Shown piece after piece: positions 1 to 10,885 of a DNA stretch of 64,000 nt. Source of the DNA: Patescibacteria group bacterium. Lineage in GTDB: Bacteria; Patescibacteriota; Minisyncoccia; Ryanbacterales; GWA2-47-10b. The notes beneath the pieces are model-generated. The model made no database searches and had not been told where the DNA came from. It worked only from the letters and a program-made list of their open reading frames with translations. The DNA is taken from contig JBBTQY010000015.1 in the NCBI GenBank assembly GCA_038065475.1, forward strand, positions 6,608 through 70,607, written 5' to 3'. The position numbers and the translations under genes were made by a program. Position 1 is the first letter of the stretch. The number at the start of each line of letters is the position of its first letter.

Positions 1-584
1 GATATATTGCCGGCAACCGTCACAACCGTATTGCGCGCGACATACTGACTCTTCCAGTATTTAAGAAAGTCCGAACGCTTAATGGTACGAATATTCTCAG
101 CGGTACCAATCACGTCCCACCCGTACGCGTTGTCACCGTACACCAACTCTTCGAAGAGCGACCATACATAGCGGCGCGGGTCATCCCAATACATTTTCAT
201 CTCTTCTAGAATAACTCCTCGTTCGCGGTTAATCTCTTCTTCTTTGAGAAGCGCGTTTTGCAAAATATCAGAAACAAACAAAAGCGCCAAATCAAACTGC
301 TTGGCATCTACCTTGATCCAGTAGCCCGTCTCCTCTCGCGTAGTAAAAGCATTGTGGATTGCGCCCACCGAATCAAGTAGACGGTCGAGCTCACCGGGCT
401 TAGGATATTTTGTCGTACCCTTAAAAAACATGTGTTCCAAAAAGTGCGAAAGACCGCTGATGTTCCTCGCCTCGTAGTTTGATCCAGTGCCTACCAATAC
501 CAAAATAGTGATTGTCTGGGTTGATTCCATGGGAGCGACGATAGCGCGGAGACCATTTTTAAATTTCTTTTCGGTAAATTTCAT
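1..584 (-). CDS. M16 family (pitrilysin-like) zinc peptidase, runs off the left edge
   Basis: Manual translation from ATG 584: MKFTEKKFKNGLRAIVAPM...GLSHFLEHMFFKGT, with the inverted HxxEH motif. Confidence 0.9.
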   Translation of the reverse strand, partial: MKFTEKKFKNGLRAIVAPMESTQTITILVLVGTGSNYEARNISGLSHFLEHMFFKGTTKYPKPGELDRLLDSVGAIHNAFTTREETGYWIKVDAKQFDLALLFVSDILQNALLKEEEINRERGVILEEMKMYWDDPRRYVWSLFEELVYGDNAYGWDVIGTAENIRTIKRSDFLKYWKSQYVARNTVVTVAGNI

Positions 585-643
585 ACGATCATCATATCAT
601 AAAAACCCCGAAAAGAAAGCGGGTGTATATTGGCAAAAAATGC

Positions 644-1942
644 CTAGATGAGCTTTTCTCGAAATAGTGCTGCGACCTCCGAGATTACAATACGTTCTTG
701 TTTTGCTGTATCACGATCGCGAACGGTTACCGTACCGTCTTCCAGCGTCTGATAGTCAACTGTCACGCACCACGGCGTACCGATCTCGTCTTGCCTGCGG
801 TAGCGCTTGCCAATATTGCCGTTGTCGTCAAACATAACGCTGCCAAATTCTTTTTTGAGTCCGGTATAAACTTCTCGAGCTTTTGCGACGAGATCAGGCT
901 TGTTTTTAACAAGAGGAAAGACAGCTGCCTTTATGGGGGCGACCGATGGCTTGAACGCCAAGTATTCTCGTTTGTCGCCGCCTATCTCATCTTCACGATA
1001 TGCCGATACGAGGAGTGCGAGTATCGTTCTCTCAACTCCGAGCGACGGCTCGATGACATGCGGCTTAAGTCGCTCCTTGGTCTCTTCATCAAAATACTCA
1101 AGATCCTTGGAACTATATTCCATGTGTTTGGTAAGATCATAATCGGTACGATAGGCAAGACCGTATAATTCTTTTTTGCCAAACGGATACTCAAACTCAA
1201 AATCTATGGTGCGCTTTGAATAATGCGCACGATCGTCAGCAGCAATCTCAAGCTCACTGACCGACGTCATGTCAAGACCGATAGACTCGCACCAGGCGAG
1301 CATGACCATGCGCCACTCTTCGAACGCTCGCTGCCAATCATTTTCGCGAACAAAATACTCTACTTCCATTTGCTCAAATTCCCGCATGCGAAAAATAAAA
1401 TCTCGAGGCGTGATTTCATTGCGAAAGGCTTTACCAACCTGTGCGATACCAAAGGGAAGTTTAGGATGAAATACATCGACGATATTTTTAAAATTCACAA
1501 AAATACCTTGCGCCGTTTCAGGCCTTAAATACGATACGGCAGCGGAATCCTCCATGGCACCCACATGCGTTTTAAACATCATGTTGAACTGACGTGACTC
1601 ACCAAGCACCCCCCCGCATTCAGGACACTTGGCACCATCAACATGATCAGCGCGAAAGCGTTTTTTGCATTTCTTACATTCTACGAGCGGATCAGAAAAA
1701 CCAGCGACATGGCCTGAAGCTTCCCATACGCGGGCGTTCATCAAGAGTGCTGTATCAACTCCATACATATCCTCGCGGTCGGTTACAAACTTTTGCCACC
1801 ACAAATTTTTGATATTGTTTTTAAGCGCGACTCCTAACGGGCCATAATCCCACGTACCGGCAAGTCCGCCATAAATATCAGACCCGGGGAATATAAATCC
1901 CCTGCGTTTGGCAAGCGATACGATTGTTTCAAGTGAAGTCAT
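644..1942 (-). CDS. glyQS: Glycine--tRNA ligase, alpha2 type
   Basis: KRRGF...YGG...DYGPLG, YLRPETAQGIF, FRNEITPR, IGKRYRRQDEIGTP. Confidence 0.97.
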   Translation of the reverse strand: MTSLETIVSLAKRRGFIFPGSDIYGGLAGTWDYGPLGVALKNNIKNLWWQKFVTDREDMYGVDTALLMNARVWEASGHVAGFSDPLVECKKCKKRFRADHVDGAKCPECGGVLGESRQFNMMFKTHVGAMEDSAAVSYLRPETAQGIFVNFKNIVDVFHPKLPFGIAQVGKAFRNEITPRDFIFRMREFEQMEVEYFVRENDWQRAFEEWRMVMLAWCESIGLDMTSVSELEIAADDRAHYSKRTIDFEFEYPFGKKELYGLAYRTDYDLTKHMEYSSKDLEYFDEETKERLKPHVIEPSLGVERTILALLVSAYREDEIGGDKREYLAFKPSVAPIKAAVFPLVKNKPDLVAKAREVYTGLKKEFGSVMFDDNGNIGKRYRRQDEIGTPWCVTVDYQTLEDGTVTVRDRDTAKQERIVISEVAALFREKLI

Positions 1943-1979
1943 AGAAAAAACCTAGCACGGGTAAGACGTTATGCCAACG

Positions 1980-3875
1980 CTACTCCTCTACCGATCCCCC
2001 CTCGCGTGACGCGCGCGGATCATCGCGCAAAGAGGTAGTCGTCCGATCCGATATCTGAGTAATAGTGATATCGGCAAACGAATCACGCCCTTCAAACTTT
2101 GCGGCCGAGACAAGCTCCACCGCTTGACCTACTTGAGGCAGAGAAGGTGTCAATGCTATTTGAAACGCCACCTCACGCGCACGATTGGTAGTACCGGTGC
2201 CCGCAGGGATATTGCCAGGAATCCATGACACTTCGCGCGTGGCCTCGTTGAAGGTAATGGGGGCGCCCGACGGCGGATCGACAACGCCTCGCCATTTTAC
2301 ATATGAAGGAAGCGTCGCATGTACAACAGCGTCGGTAAGATCGTTGGTCGCATTAGTCACCGACCATACGATAAGATACGTCGTCTCTTGACCAACGCGC
2401 GGGGGTAGAGGTCCCGAATTGGTAATACGAGAATCATAGTAATAACCTTTTTGAGAAAAAGTAGCGCGTGTAGCAAGTTTATAGGTCACCACCTCTTCAC
2501 CCGAGATATCAACGCCCTCATATCCTGACGGTGATTCACGTGTTTGCATAATAGATTTAAACACGAGTGCGGGATTGCGTACGCTAATTATTTTCTTGGT
2601 TGCGATAGTAAATTCAAACGTCCCCGTCTCGCCCGGGTCTACCACCAAAAGTTCGGGGATGCGCCCCGGCACCCAGCGCAAAGCATTGCGACTCTGATCA
2701 AATTCTCCGCGGCTACTTGAGAGCGTTTTGATATCAAACGCCTCGCCTTCAAAAACTACCTCAACGGTAGCGTTTGATACTGCCACAGGAAGATTGTTTT
2801 GCCACTGGAGGATGCCTTTGACCGAAGTACCGGCAAGTAACACTCCTATATCGAGATCATCGGCAGAATCAATGACAAGTTTCGTGACCAAGAGTGGCGG
2901 CGTGATGGCAAATGTTTTTTCTGATGAGGTAAGGGTATCGAACTCATTTTTTGTGCGGTCATAAATACCCACCTTGGCCTTCATTGATTGGGGTGCGATT
3001 GAATCTTTGATGCGCCCCTTGATAGAAAGCTTGAAGGTCTCCCCCTTACCAAGATCGCCGATCGTCCAAATAGTATTGCCGCGTGTTGGCTTGATATCTG
3101 ATGAGATAAATTCAAATGCATCAGGATACATCATCTCAACTGAAATACCGCGAAAAGGCGTCTCGGCGCTCGATACCAGCGACAATTGGGCATCAATCTG
3201 CTGCCCCGCTTTAAGCTCCTTGGGTAATATCAACTCGAGGCCCAACAGCGACCCTTTAACGGGAGACTGATAAGAAGTTTCTTTAGCAAGAAGTACTGAC
3301 GAATCGCGCGGGCGATATTCGATCTTGGCCTGTCCTTTAAGAATCTCATCTTGTGCGCCAAATACGATTGCAGAAAAAAGTTCTTCTTTTTTATCACCAG
3401 GATTGATAGTACCAAGCTCACGGCGCTCCGGACGCAATCCGCCCTTCATGTAATCGCCCGCGAGCGGTTGCGTCATAGGAGGATAGGTAAAGACCAGCAC
3501 TGCCTTATCGAGTGCGATGTCATTTTTGTTTTCATACACTACGCGCCAGACGAGTTTTTTGCCAGCAATAGCTTCATCGGCTGACTCAACGGTAAGAAGT
3601 ATGTTTTTGCGTGAGTCGATGCCGAGAACAGCAAATTTCCCCGAGATGACGAAATACCCGAGTACCACGAGCGCGATCACCCCGAGACCGCCCCCGATAC
3701 CCCACCACAAAAGTTTGCGAAGAAATTTTTGCATAGAATCTTCTGCAGTTACCGGCTCTTCTTTCCAAGATACTGGCGCCTGCGCGTTATTTCGGCGAAG
3801 ACGCCAAGAATGCTCGCGGTCTTCAAACCCCTCGCCTTTTTTGAAAAGCCGCCGCCTGAGATCATCGAGCGCCAT
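1980..3875 (-). CDS. Membrane-anchored protein with a large beta-rich (Ig-like) extracellular region
   Basis: One N-terminal TM helix followed by beta-strand repeats (NSGPLPPRVGQETTY); start at ATG 3875 inferred. Confidence 0.7.
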   Translation of the reverse strand: MALDDLRRRLFKKGEGFEDREHSWRLRRNNAQAPVSWKEEPVTAEDSMQKFLRKLLWWGIGGGLGVIALVVLGYFVISGKFAVLGIDSRKNILLTVESADEAIAGKKLVWRVVYENKNDIALDKAVLVFTYPPMTQPLAGDYMKGGLRPERRELGTINPGDKKEELFSAIVFGAQDEILKGQAKIEYRPRDSSVLLAKETSYQSPVKGSLLGLELILPKELKAGQQIDAQLSLVSSAETPFRGISVEMMYPDAFEFISSDIKPTRGNTIWTIGDLGKGETFKLSIKGRIKDSIAPQSMKAKVGIYDRTKNEFDTLTSSEKTFAITPPLLVTKLVIDSADDLDIGVLLAGTSVKGILQWQNNLPVAVSNATVEVVFEGEAFDIKTLSSSRGEFDQSRNALRWVPGRIPELLVVDPGETGTFEFTIATKKIISVRNPALVFKSIMQTRESPSGYEGVDISGEEVVTYKLATRATFSQKGYYYDSRITNSGPLPPRVGQETTYLIVWSVTNATNDLTDAVVHATLPSYVKWRGVVDPPSGAPITFNEATREVSWIPGNIPAGTGTTNRAREVAFQIALTPSLPQVGQAVELVSAAKFEGRDSFADITITQISDRTTTSLRDDPRASREGGSVEE

Positions 3876-4446
3876 GAAAATAGTATAGCATGTGATTTGC
3901 GCGGAGTATCCCCTCGATACCCTCTTCAAAAGCTACCCGCTCATCGGGATCGGCAAAAAGCGTATCATCATCTTTTTCTAAGATAAAGGCTCGGGCTCTG
4001 GCGGAAAAAAATCTTGATTGCTCATGAATGTCGGGTAAGAAGCCGCTGACGTTAAGGGCTCGTATTTTGAAACGCGCCTCATCAGAAAAAGTACGTACTG
4101 CGTTGATACTCGCAACCAAATCCCACAAATCAAGATCGGGTTCTTCCCCTCCGGTGATGCGCAAGATAAAGTCAGCACATCGCTTGCGATGCGAGGTGGG
4201 GTTATCAACGGGCACAAGAGCCTCAGCATCAATAAGACGCCACGCGCTCCCGCCTCGAGTCAGCATCAAGCGTAACGGGGTAAAAAGGGTTAAGTGCCCG
4301 CGTAGCTTTGATTTGGCAAGACGTACTCCGGTGGCGATAGCATCAATCCGACCTAAATCTTTGGTAAAAAAAGTAAGATACATATCAGCCTCGCCACGCT
4401 CGCGAGACGCAAGCACGACGGCATCAGTGCCATAGTAATTGTTCAT
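3862..4446 (-). CDS. recO: DNA repair protein RecO
   Basis: N-terminal OB motif GEAD...FTKDLGRIDAIATGVRLAKSKLRGHL. Confidence 0.88.
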   Translation of the reverse strand: MNNYYGTDAVVLASRERGEADMYLTFFTKDLGRIDAIATGVRLAKSKLRGHLTLFTPLRLMLTRGGSAWRLIDAEALVPVDNPTSHRKRCADFILRITGGEEPDLDLWDLVASINAVRTFSDEARFKIRALNVSGFLPDIHEQSRFFSARARAFILEKDDDTLFADPDERVAFEEGIEGILRANHMLYYFHGAR

Positions 4447-4452
4447 ACCTCG

Positions 4453-7400
4453 CTATGCTTTTTCGACAGAGACGACGCTGGGCCCTTTGTTTGTATCGCT
4501 AACCTCAAGGTGTTTGGCGCGCGTACCCTTTTTGATAACTGCGAGCGCTGCGGGTGAAAATGAACCCGTGATCACGAGTACCACCGTATCGAGCGGCAAA
4601 AGGCCCGCTTTCTTGCGAGCGTCTTGAGCAAAACGAATGAGCTCGCGTACCTCGCCTTCTTCTTTGAGTGTTGGCGTGATAACCAAATCAAGTGCTGCGT
4701 CCTCAGTCAATTTACGATTCACGGTAATCTCTTTTACGTTGAGTTCTTCTTTTAGAATATTGAGGAGAGATGAGTCACGCAGTGTCATCCCTTTTACAAA
4801 CAACGCGCCGAGCGGCTGGCGTACCTTGATGCCATTGCGCGCGCGAAGCTCGAGGCCGCGTGCAGCAAGTGCTCGCACCTCATCCATACCGGCGACAAGC
4901 GCCTTGTTATAGGTCTGTTTTTTCGGCCAATCTTCCAAATGCACGCTCTCACGTTTGCCACCGGCAGCACGATATACTATCTCTGCGGTAAACGGGATAA
5001 AGGGAGCAGCAAGAATCGCCGTCTGTAAAAGCGTCTTACGCAAAACCTTGACTCCCTCGCCCGAACGCATTCGCTCGCGCGAGCGACGCACGTACCAGCG
5101 TGAGATGTCGTTACCTACAAAATCTTCAATGAGACGCGCCGCGCCCACCACATCGTAGGCATCCATGCGACGAGTAACCTCAGCGCTGACGAGCGCGCAC
5201 TTTGCCTCCATCCACAAATCAAGCGCATTTTTGCGCGAAGTCTTTTTTGCTACGGGCTTATACATCTCGTAGAAATTGAGTGTATTGAGAAAAAGGTCAA
5301 TAAAATTTCTTTTAGCTTTTTCGAGATCAGAGACATCAAAAAGCTTTGAATCACCCGGCTGGTTAATGGTAAAGAAAAACCAACGCACAGCATCAGCACT
5401 ATATTTTTCAAATAGATCCATGGGCTCCACCACGTTGCCGCGCGATTTTGACATTTTCTTGCCTTCCTTATCTAGAAGGTGTCCGAGCGATATGACATTT
5501 TTGTACGGAGCTTTTTTGCCAAGCAATGTGGAAACCGCAAGAAGCGTATAAAACCATCCGCGCGTTTGATCGATAGCCTCTGAGATAAAATCAGCGGGAT
5601 ATGCGATACCCTTATCAATGCGTTCTTTATTCTCAAACGGATAATGTTCGGCTGCAAACGGCATAGCGCCCGAGTCAAACCATACGTCAGCAACCTCAGG
5701 TGTGCGATCCATCTTGGTCAAACACCCGGGACACGTAACCAAAAAATCATCGATAAATGGCTTGTGCAAATCCGTCTCGCCAAGCTTATTGCGTGGCACG
5801 GCCACGGGAGCTACGCGATGCACATCGGCGTTTTTGAGATATTTTGCGGGAGAGATTTCGTCCGGTTGCTGCATGCCTCGCATAATCCCCTCCAAAAACC
5901 AAAGAGGATCGCCGTGCCCTACGACAAGAATTTTTTTCTTTTTATGCAAACTCTCGAGTCTTTGGAAAAAGCGGTGGCTGCGAATTTTAACATCGGCCCA
6001 TGACTCACCTCCCGGAAACGGATGGGTGAGAATTTCTTCGGCCGTATGTTTCTTCCACATATCCTCGACAAGCTCGCCTTCATAGTCTCCTGGATTATGT
6101 TCGCGCAAATCAGCATCAAACAGCACAGGAACGCGCAGCTCGCGCGCAAGAATTGCAGCCGTCTCGCGCGTGCGCGTCAGGTCAGAGGATACAATGAGCT
6201 GGATACCGGCTTTTTTGAGACCTGCGGCAGCTTTCTTTACTTCTGTTTTTCCGCGCGGCAAAAGCCCATATGAATCATTGAGCTTGGCAGTGGCAATACC
6301 GAGCAAATTATTTTTTGCAAAACCATGGCGCATCAGATAATAAGTATTCGAAGACTTTGGTGCGCGTTCAGTAAGCTCTGCTAAAGAGCCGATGACATCG
6401 ACGTGCCCACACTCTTTACACGTCCAGACAGGAAGCGGCGTGCCCCAGTAACGCTCGCGAGAAAACGCCCAATCTTTATCTTCACGGAGCCACTGGCCAA
6501 AACGCCCGTCGCGAAGATGCTGGGGATGCCAGTTGATAGATTTATTTGCCTCCACCATCTTGGGACGCACCGCACTCACCTTTACCCACCATGACTTACG
6601 TACGCGATAGATAAGCGGCGTGTCACATCGCCAGCAAAACGGATAATCATGCTCATACAATGCTTCTTTAAAAAGAAGGCCCTTCTGTATTAAGTCTTTT
6701 ACGATCAGCGGATCAGCTTCTTTGACAAATATTCCGCGCCACTGTGGTACCGCATCGGTAAATTGACCTGCATCGTTGACGGTTACATAGGTGGGTAAAC
6801 CTTCGCGTTTGCCTACCTTGAGGTCGTCATCACCAAATGCGGGCGCAATATGCACAATACCAGTACCTTCTTGATCGGTGATAAAGGTACCACTCACAAC
6901 CCGATATGGAATATCGGGCGCAGGATACGGCGCGTCATATTCAAGCCCCAAAAGCTTTGAGCCGGGCTCGCGCCAGAGCGGCTCGAGACCGGGAAAGAGC
7001 TTGGCCGCGAGCGACCCGAGCACGATAAGCTGCTCACCCCGATCATCAACGGTAACGTACTCGAGATCTGGATGAACGGCTGCCGCTACGTTTGCAGGCA
7101 ATGTCCATGGAGTTGTCGTCCAAACCAACAAAGACGCGCGGCGTGTCTTGAGACGAAAACGCACATAAACCGAAGGATCTTTTACTTTTTTATATCCTTG
7201 GGCGAGCTCGTGCGATGATAATGCGGTGCCACAACGCGCGCACCACGGCACCACCTTGTCATCTTGGTAGAGTAGCTTGCGTGAGGCAAACTCTTTGACA
7301 ATCCACCAGAGTGATTCGATATAAGAATTTTTGTATGTGACATAGGCATCTTTTGTGTCTAGCCAATACCCCATGCGTTCGGTAACCTTCTCCCACTGAT

Positions 7401-7755
7401 TGGTATATGACCACACCGATTCTTTACACTTGCGATTAAAAGGTTCGATACCGTATGCCTCAATGTCTTGCTTTAATTTAAAACCGAGCGCTTTCTCAAC
7501 GCCGATCTCGACAGGAAGGCCGTGAGTATCCCACCCAGCACGGCGCTCAACCAAAAACCCCTGCATAGTTTTATAACGCGCCACAACATCTTTAAATGCG
7601 CGCGCCTCCACATGATGCAGGCCCGGCATGCCATTTGCGGTAGGCGGCCCCTCAAAAAAAACAAAGCGCTTTGCTTTCCGCGCGCGCTGCCGAATACTCT
7701 TTTCAAAAATTTTTTTCTGGGTCCAAAATCCAAGGACTCCAAGCTCGTCTCGCAT
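4453..7755 (-). CDS. ileS: Isoleucine--tRNA ligase (type 2) with an inserted histidine phosphatase domain
   Basis: EGPPTANG, GWDTHGLP, WTTTPWTLP, SRERYWGTP, DQTRGWF, KMSKS; internal RHG domain; start at ATG 7755 inferred. Confidence 0.95.
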   Translation of the reverse strand: MRDELGVLGFWTQKKIFEKSIRQRARKAKRFVFFEGPPTANGMPGLHHVEARAFKDVVARYKTMQGFLVERRAGWDTHGLPVEIGVEKALGFKLKQDIEAYGIEPFNRKCKESVWSYTNQWEKVTERMGYWLDTKDAYVTYKNSYIESLWWIVKEFASRKLLYQDDKVVPWCARCGTALSSHELAQGYKKVKDPSVYVRFRLKTRRASLLVWTTTPWTLPANVAAAVHPDLEYVTVDDRGEQLIVLGSLAAKLFPGLEPLWREPGSKLLGLEYDAPYPAPDIPYRVVSGTFITDQEGTGIVHIAPAFGDDDLKVGKREGLPTYVTVNDAGQFTDAVPQWRGIFVKEADPLIVKDLIQKGLLFKEALYEHDYPFCWRCDTPLIYRVRKSWWVKVSAVRPKMVEANKSINWHPQHLRDGRFGQWLREDKDWAFSRERYWGTPLPVWTCKECGHVDVIGSLAELTERAPKSSNTYYLMRHGFAKNNLLGIATAKLNDSYGLLPRGKTEVKKAAAGLKKAGIQLIVSSDLTRTRETAAILARELRVPVLFDADLREHNPGDYEGELVEDMWKKHTAEEILTHPFPGGESWADVKIRSHRFFQRLESLHKKKKILVVGHGDPLWFLEGIMRGMQQPDEISPAKYLKNADVHRVAPVAVPRNKLGETDLHKPFIDDFLVTCPGCLTKMDRTPEVADVWFDSGAMPFAAEHYPFENKERIDKGIAYPADFISEAIDQTRGWFYTLLAVSTLLGKKAPYKNVISLGHLLDKEGKKMSKSRGNVVEPMDLFEKYSADAVRWFFFTINQPGDSKLFDVSDLEKAKRNFIDLFLNTLNFYEMYKPVAKKTSRKNALDLWMEAKCALVSAEVTRRMDAYDVVGAARLIEDFVGNDISRWYVRRSRERMRSGEGVKVLRKTLLQTAILAAPFIPFTAEIVYRAAGGKRESVHLEDWPKKQTYNKALVAGMDEVRALAARGLELRARNGIKVRQPLGALFVKGMTLRDSSLLNILKEELNVKEITVNRKLTEDAALDLVITPTLKEEGEVRELIRFAQDARKKAGLLPLDTVVLVITGSFSPAALAVIKKGTRAKHLEVSDTNKGPSVVSVEKA

Positions 7756-7844
7756 TTTTTTATCATAATCGAAATACCTCCCTCTTTCAATACCAAAACA
7801 AAATGCGCCCATGGGCGCATTTTGACATCGAATTTTTTACAAGA

Positions 7845-8546
7845 TTATTCGGCTATAACTACTTCGGTCATAACATCGCCCTGCGCAATTTTAAGCAAGA
7901 TATCCATTCCTTTAGTTACACGACCAAAGACGGTATGGCGACCATCGAGATGCGGCTGAGCACTTTCCGTGATGATGAAAAACTGACTGCCATTGGTGTT
8001 TGGCCCTCGATTTGCCATCGAAATAACACCTACGTCATTTTTCATCGACTTAAGCTCGTAATTGTATTTGTATCCAGCACTCTCGAGGCCTGCAATGGTT
8101 TCAGCGGGCACGTCAAGAACTTTTGGATTAATCTCATCTTCAAATTCATAGCCGGGACCACCCGTGCCATTGCCGACAGGATCGCCGCCCTGCGCCATAA
8201 AGCCTGCGATTACCCGATGAAACGTCAATCCGTTGTAAAATCCTTTTTTCGCTAATCCCACAAAGTTTGAAACAGTCTTTGGTGCGACACTAGGGTAAAG
8301 CTCGAGTTCGATATCACCTTTTTGTGTTTTGATTGTTGCTTTCACAGTTTCTCCTTGAAATTGCATAACCTCGGGCTCAGTCATTGTCTCAGAAGACGGT
8401 TGCGTTGCCTGATCGGTCAGTGAGGCAGTACCAGCATTGTCTACCGGTTTTGCGGGCGCGCTCGTACCAAGCCAAACAACTCCGCCAAATACAACGAAGA
8501 GTGCGAGAAGTCCGATAATAACATTTCGTGGTTGTTGCATATCCAT
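7845..8546 (-). CDS. Membrane-anchored cyclophilin-type peptidyl-prolyl isomerase
   Basis: [41 protein letters not shown]; N-terminal TM helix. Confidence 0.95.
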   Translation of the reverse strand: MDMQQPRNVIIGLLALFVVFGGVVWLGTSAPAKPVDNAGTASLTDQATQPSSETMTEPEVMQFQGETVKATIKTQKGDIELELYPSVAPKTVSNFVGLAKKGFYNGLTFHRVIAGFMAQGGDPVGNGTGGPGYEFEDEINPKVLDVPAETIAGLESAGYKYNYELKSMKNDVGVISMANRGPNTNGSQFFIITESAQPHLDGRHTVFGRVTKGMDILLKIAQGDVMTEVVIAE

Positions 8547-8587
8547 ATGTGAAGATAGTAATTGTTTTTTGAGAGAGACGCAACTGT

Positions 8588-10207
8588 TTACATCGTTTCC
8601 GGAGTTGAGATGCCCATGAGCTGGCACTGACGACGCAACGTATCACGGAAAAGAGAAACGAGCGCTAAGCGCGCGTATTCAAGATCGGCACGTTCGCCAA
8701 TCACATGCGTCGTCTCATAAAAATGCGTAAAAGCGCGAGCGAAATCAACCGCAAAGCGCGAGAGGCGCTGGAGCGCAAAATCTTCGGCGGTCTGACTTAT
8801 CACGTCGGGCAATGCCAAAACCATCTTGATAAGCGCCCACTCAGCCTCAGTCTCGAGTACCGGCCACGCAACTTTTTTATAATTTATTTTGCGCCCTTGC
8901 TGATATCCAGCTTTTTTGAGAATGCTTGATGCGCGCGCATACGCATACTGTATATAGTAGACAGGATTGTCTTTTGATTTGGCGCGTGCCAAATCTATAT
9001 CAAAGGTCATGGCAGAGCGTGGCGCGTACTGCAGCATGAAAAACCGAAAGGCGTCTTTGCCCACGGTATCGAGTAATTCTTCGGCGGTGACAAAATTGCC
9101 CTTGCGCTTGGCCATCGAAACTACCTGACCATCTTTTTTGAGTGTTACAAGACCGTGAACCACGATCTTAAGATTTTCTTGAGGGAATCCAAAGGCATCA
9201 GCAACTGCGCGAAGTTTTGGTATATGGCCTTCATGACCATCACCCAACTCATCTACCACTAAATCTGCGCGTTTAAATTTTTCTGCATGGTACGCAATAT
9301 CGTTTGCGAAATAGACATAGGTGCCGTCACTCTTGATGACGACTGCCTCGCGCTCGCCCAAATTGTCGTCTTTAGGTGTAAACCACGTGGCACCTTCTTT
9401 TTTGGTCAACAATCCTTTTTTATCAAGCAGGGCGAGCGCGCGCTTGGTTTTCGCCTCAAGATCGCTCTCGGCAGTCACCTTATCGAACAAAATACCCATA
9501 CGCTTTGCCAAAGCCAAGTTATCTTTGAGCATGCGCGCGAGCGCGACTTTGGTAATACGTTCTTTATAAATATCAGGTTTGTTAACAATCTTGGCGCCGT
9601 ATTTTTTGTGTACGGCTTTGCCCATCTCTTGGACATACTCACCTTGATAGCCGTCTTCTGCGAGCGTTGACTCTTCTCCGCACGCGATCAAATACCAATG
9701 CCAAAGTGAGTTGGCAAAGCGACCAATCTGCGCGCCCGCATCGTTGTGAAAATATTCACGCACTACTTTGTATCCGCGATCAGCGAGAAGATTCGCCACT
9801 ACGTCGCCGATGGGTCCTGAGCGCGCATTGCCCACATGCATGGGGCCCGTAGGATTAGCTGAGACATATTCAACCGATGCCGTACCAAGCTTTGGCTTTG
9901 GCATCGGCGCGAAAGAATCGCGCAAGATCTCAGTCAGATACTGTTTATCAAAATAAAAATTTAGGAAGCCGGGTTGAGCTGCCTCGATCTTGCTGAAAAC
10001 AGGTAGGTGTTTTTCTTTGACGCGTATGGCGATATCTTCGGCGACCGCCATGGGCAAGCGCTTCTCAACTTTGGCGCGTACAAGCGCGATGTTTGACGAA
10101 TAGTCTCCCCGCCCCGCTACCTCTTGGCGCTCGACCGAAAAAGGCACGTCACTACCTATCTCGCGGCGCAAGACATCTTCTATATAGGTACGTAGATTCC
10201 GCTCCAT
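8588..10207 (-). CDS. argS: Arginine--tRNA ligase
   Basis: [37 protein letters not shown]. Confidence 0.97.
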   Translation of the reverse strand: MERNLRTYIEDVLRREIGSDVPFSVERQEVAGRGDYSSNIALVRAKVEKRLPMAVAEDIAIRVKEKHLPVFSKIEAAQPGFLNFYFDKQYLTEILRDSFAPMPKPKLGTASVEYVSANPTGPMHVGNARSGPIGDVVANLLADRGYKVVREYFHNDAGAQIGRFANSLWHWYLIACGEESTLAEDGYQGEYVQEMGKAVHKKYGAKIVNKPDIYKERITKVALARMLKDNLALAKRMGILFDKVTAESDLEAKTKRALALLDKKGLLTKKEGATWFTPKDDNLGEREAVVIKSDGTYVYFANDIAYHAEKFKRADLVVDELGDGHEGHIPKLRAVADAFGFPQENLKIVVHGLVTLKKDGQVVSMAKRKGNFVTAEELLDTVGKDAFRFFMLQYAPRSAMTFDIDLARAKSKDNPVYYIQYAYARASSILKKAGYQQGRKINYKKVAWPVLETEAEWALIKMVLALPDVISQTAEDFALQRLSRFAVDFARAFTHFYETTHVIGERADLEYARLALVSLFRDTLRRQCQLMGISTPETM

Positions 10208-10250
10208 AGGCATCACTCTAACGCAAAAACCATATTTGTTCTATATTTGA

Positions 10251-10321
10251 AGAGCGAATGCTTTCGAGCGACGGCGTCGGAGCCCTTTAGGGTTAAGCCG
10301 CGCGAATAAAGCATTTGCTCT
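10251..10321. repeat. Long nested inverted repeat between argS and smpB
   Basis: AGAGCGAATGCTTT (10251-64) versus AAAGCATTTGCTCT (10308-21), one G-U type mismatch, with inner stems. Confidence 0.7.
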
Positions 10322-10328
10322 GAAAATC

Positions 10329-10769
10329 ATGTCTACCGAAAACAAAAAAGTACACTTTGACTACGAGATACTCGAAACCTATGAGGCGGGTATCGAGCTT
10401 TTTGGCTTTGAGGTCAAATCAATACGCGCGGGCAACGCCCATCTAGAAGGTGCGCGCGTGCTCATCCGTGGGGGCGAGGCATTTTTGGTAGGCGCCAGCA
10501 TACCCCCCTACCAACAACCCAATACTCCGCCATCATATGAGCCTGACCGCACACGCAAGCTTTTACTTCATAAAAAAGAGCTTTCGTACCTCGCTGGCAA
10601 GGAGCATGAGAAGGGCTTGACATTGGTACCAATTAAGTTGTATAATAAAGCCCGTACCATCAAGCTTGAGTTTGGTGTTGCGCGCGGGAAAAAGAAAGCT
10701 GACAAACGCGAAGTCATCAAGACACGCGAGGTCAAACGATCGATTTCTCGAGAATTGAAAAAATACTAG
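10329..10769 (+). CDS. smpB: SsrA-binding protein SmpB
   Basis: YEAGIEL.G.EVKSIR, RTRKLLLHKKE, GKKKADKRE. Confidence 0.97.
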   Translation: MSTENKKVHFDYEILETYEAGIELFGFEVKSIRAGNAHLEGARVLIRGGEAFLVGASIPPYQQPNTPPSYEPDRTRKLLLHKKELSYLAGKEHEKGLTLVPIKLYNKARTIKLEFGVARGKKKADKREVIKTREVKRSISRELKKY

Positions 10770-10885
10770 AGCAGTTTGGTACTTCCAAAAATCGCCCCCA
10801 GCATGCAAAGGGATAGGTCGCTGGTTAATATGTCTCGCCTATCGGCGAGAGCAGCGACCGCAAAAATTGCCTTGGGGCAATTTTT

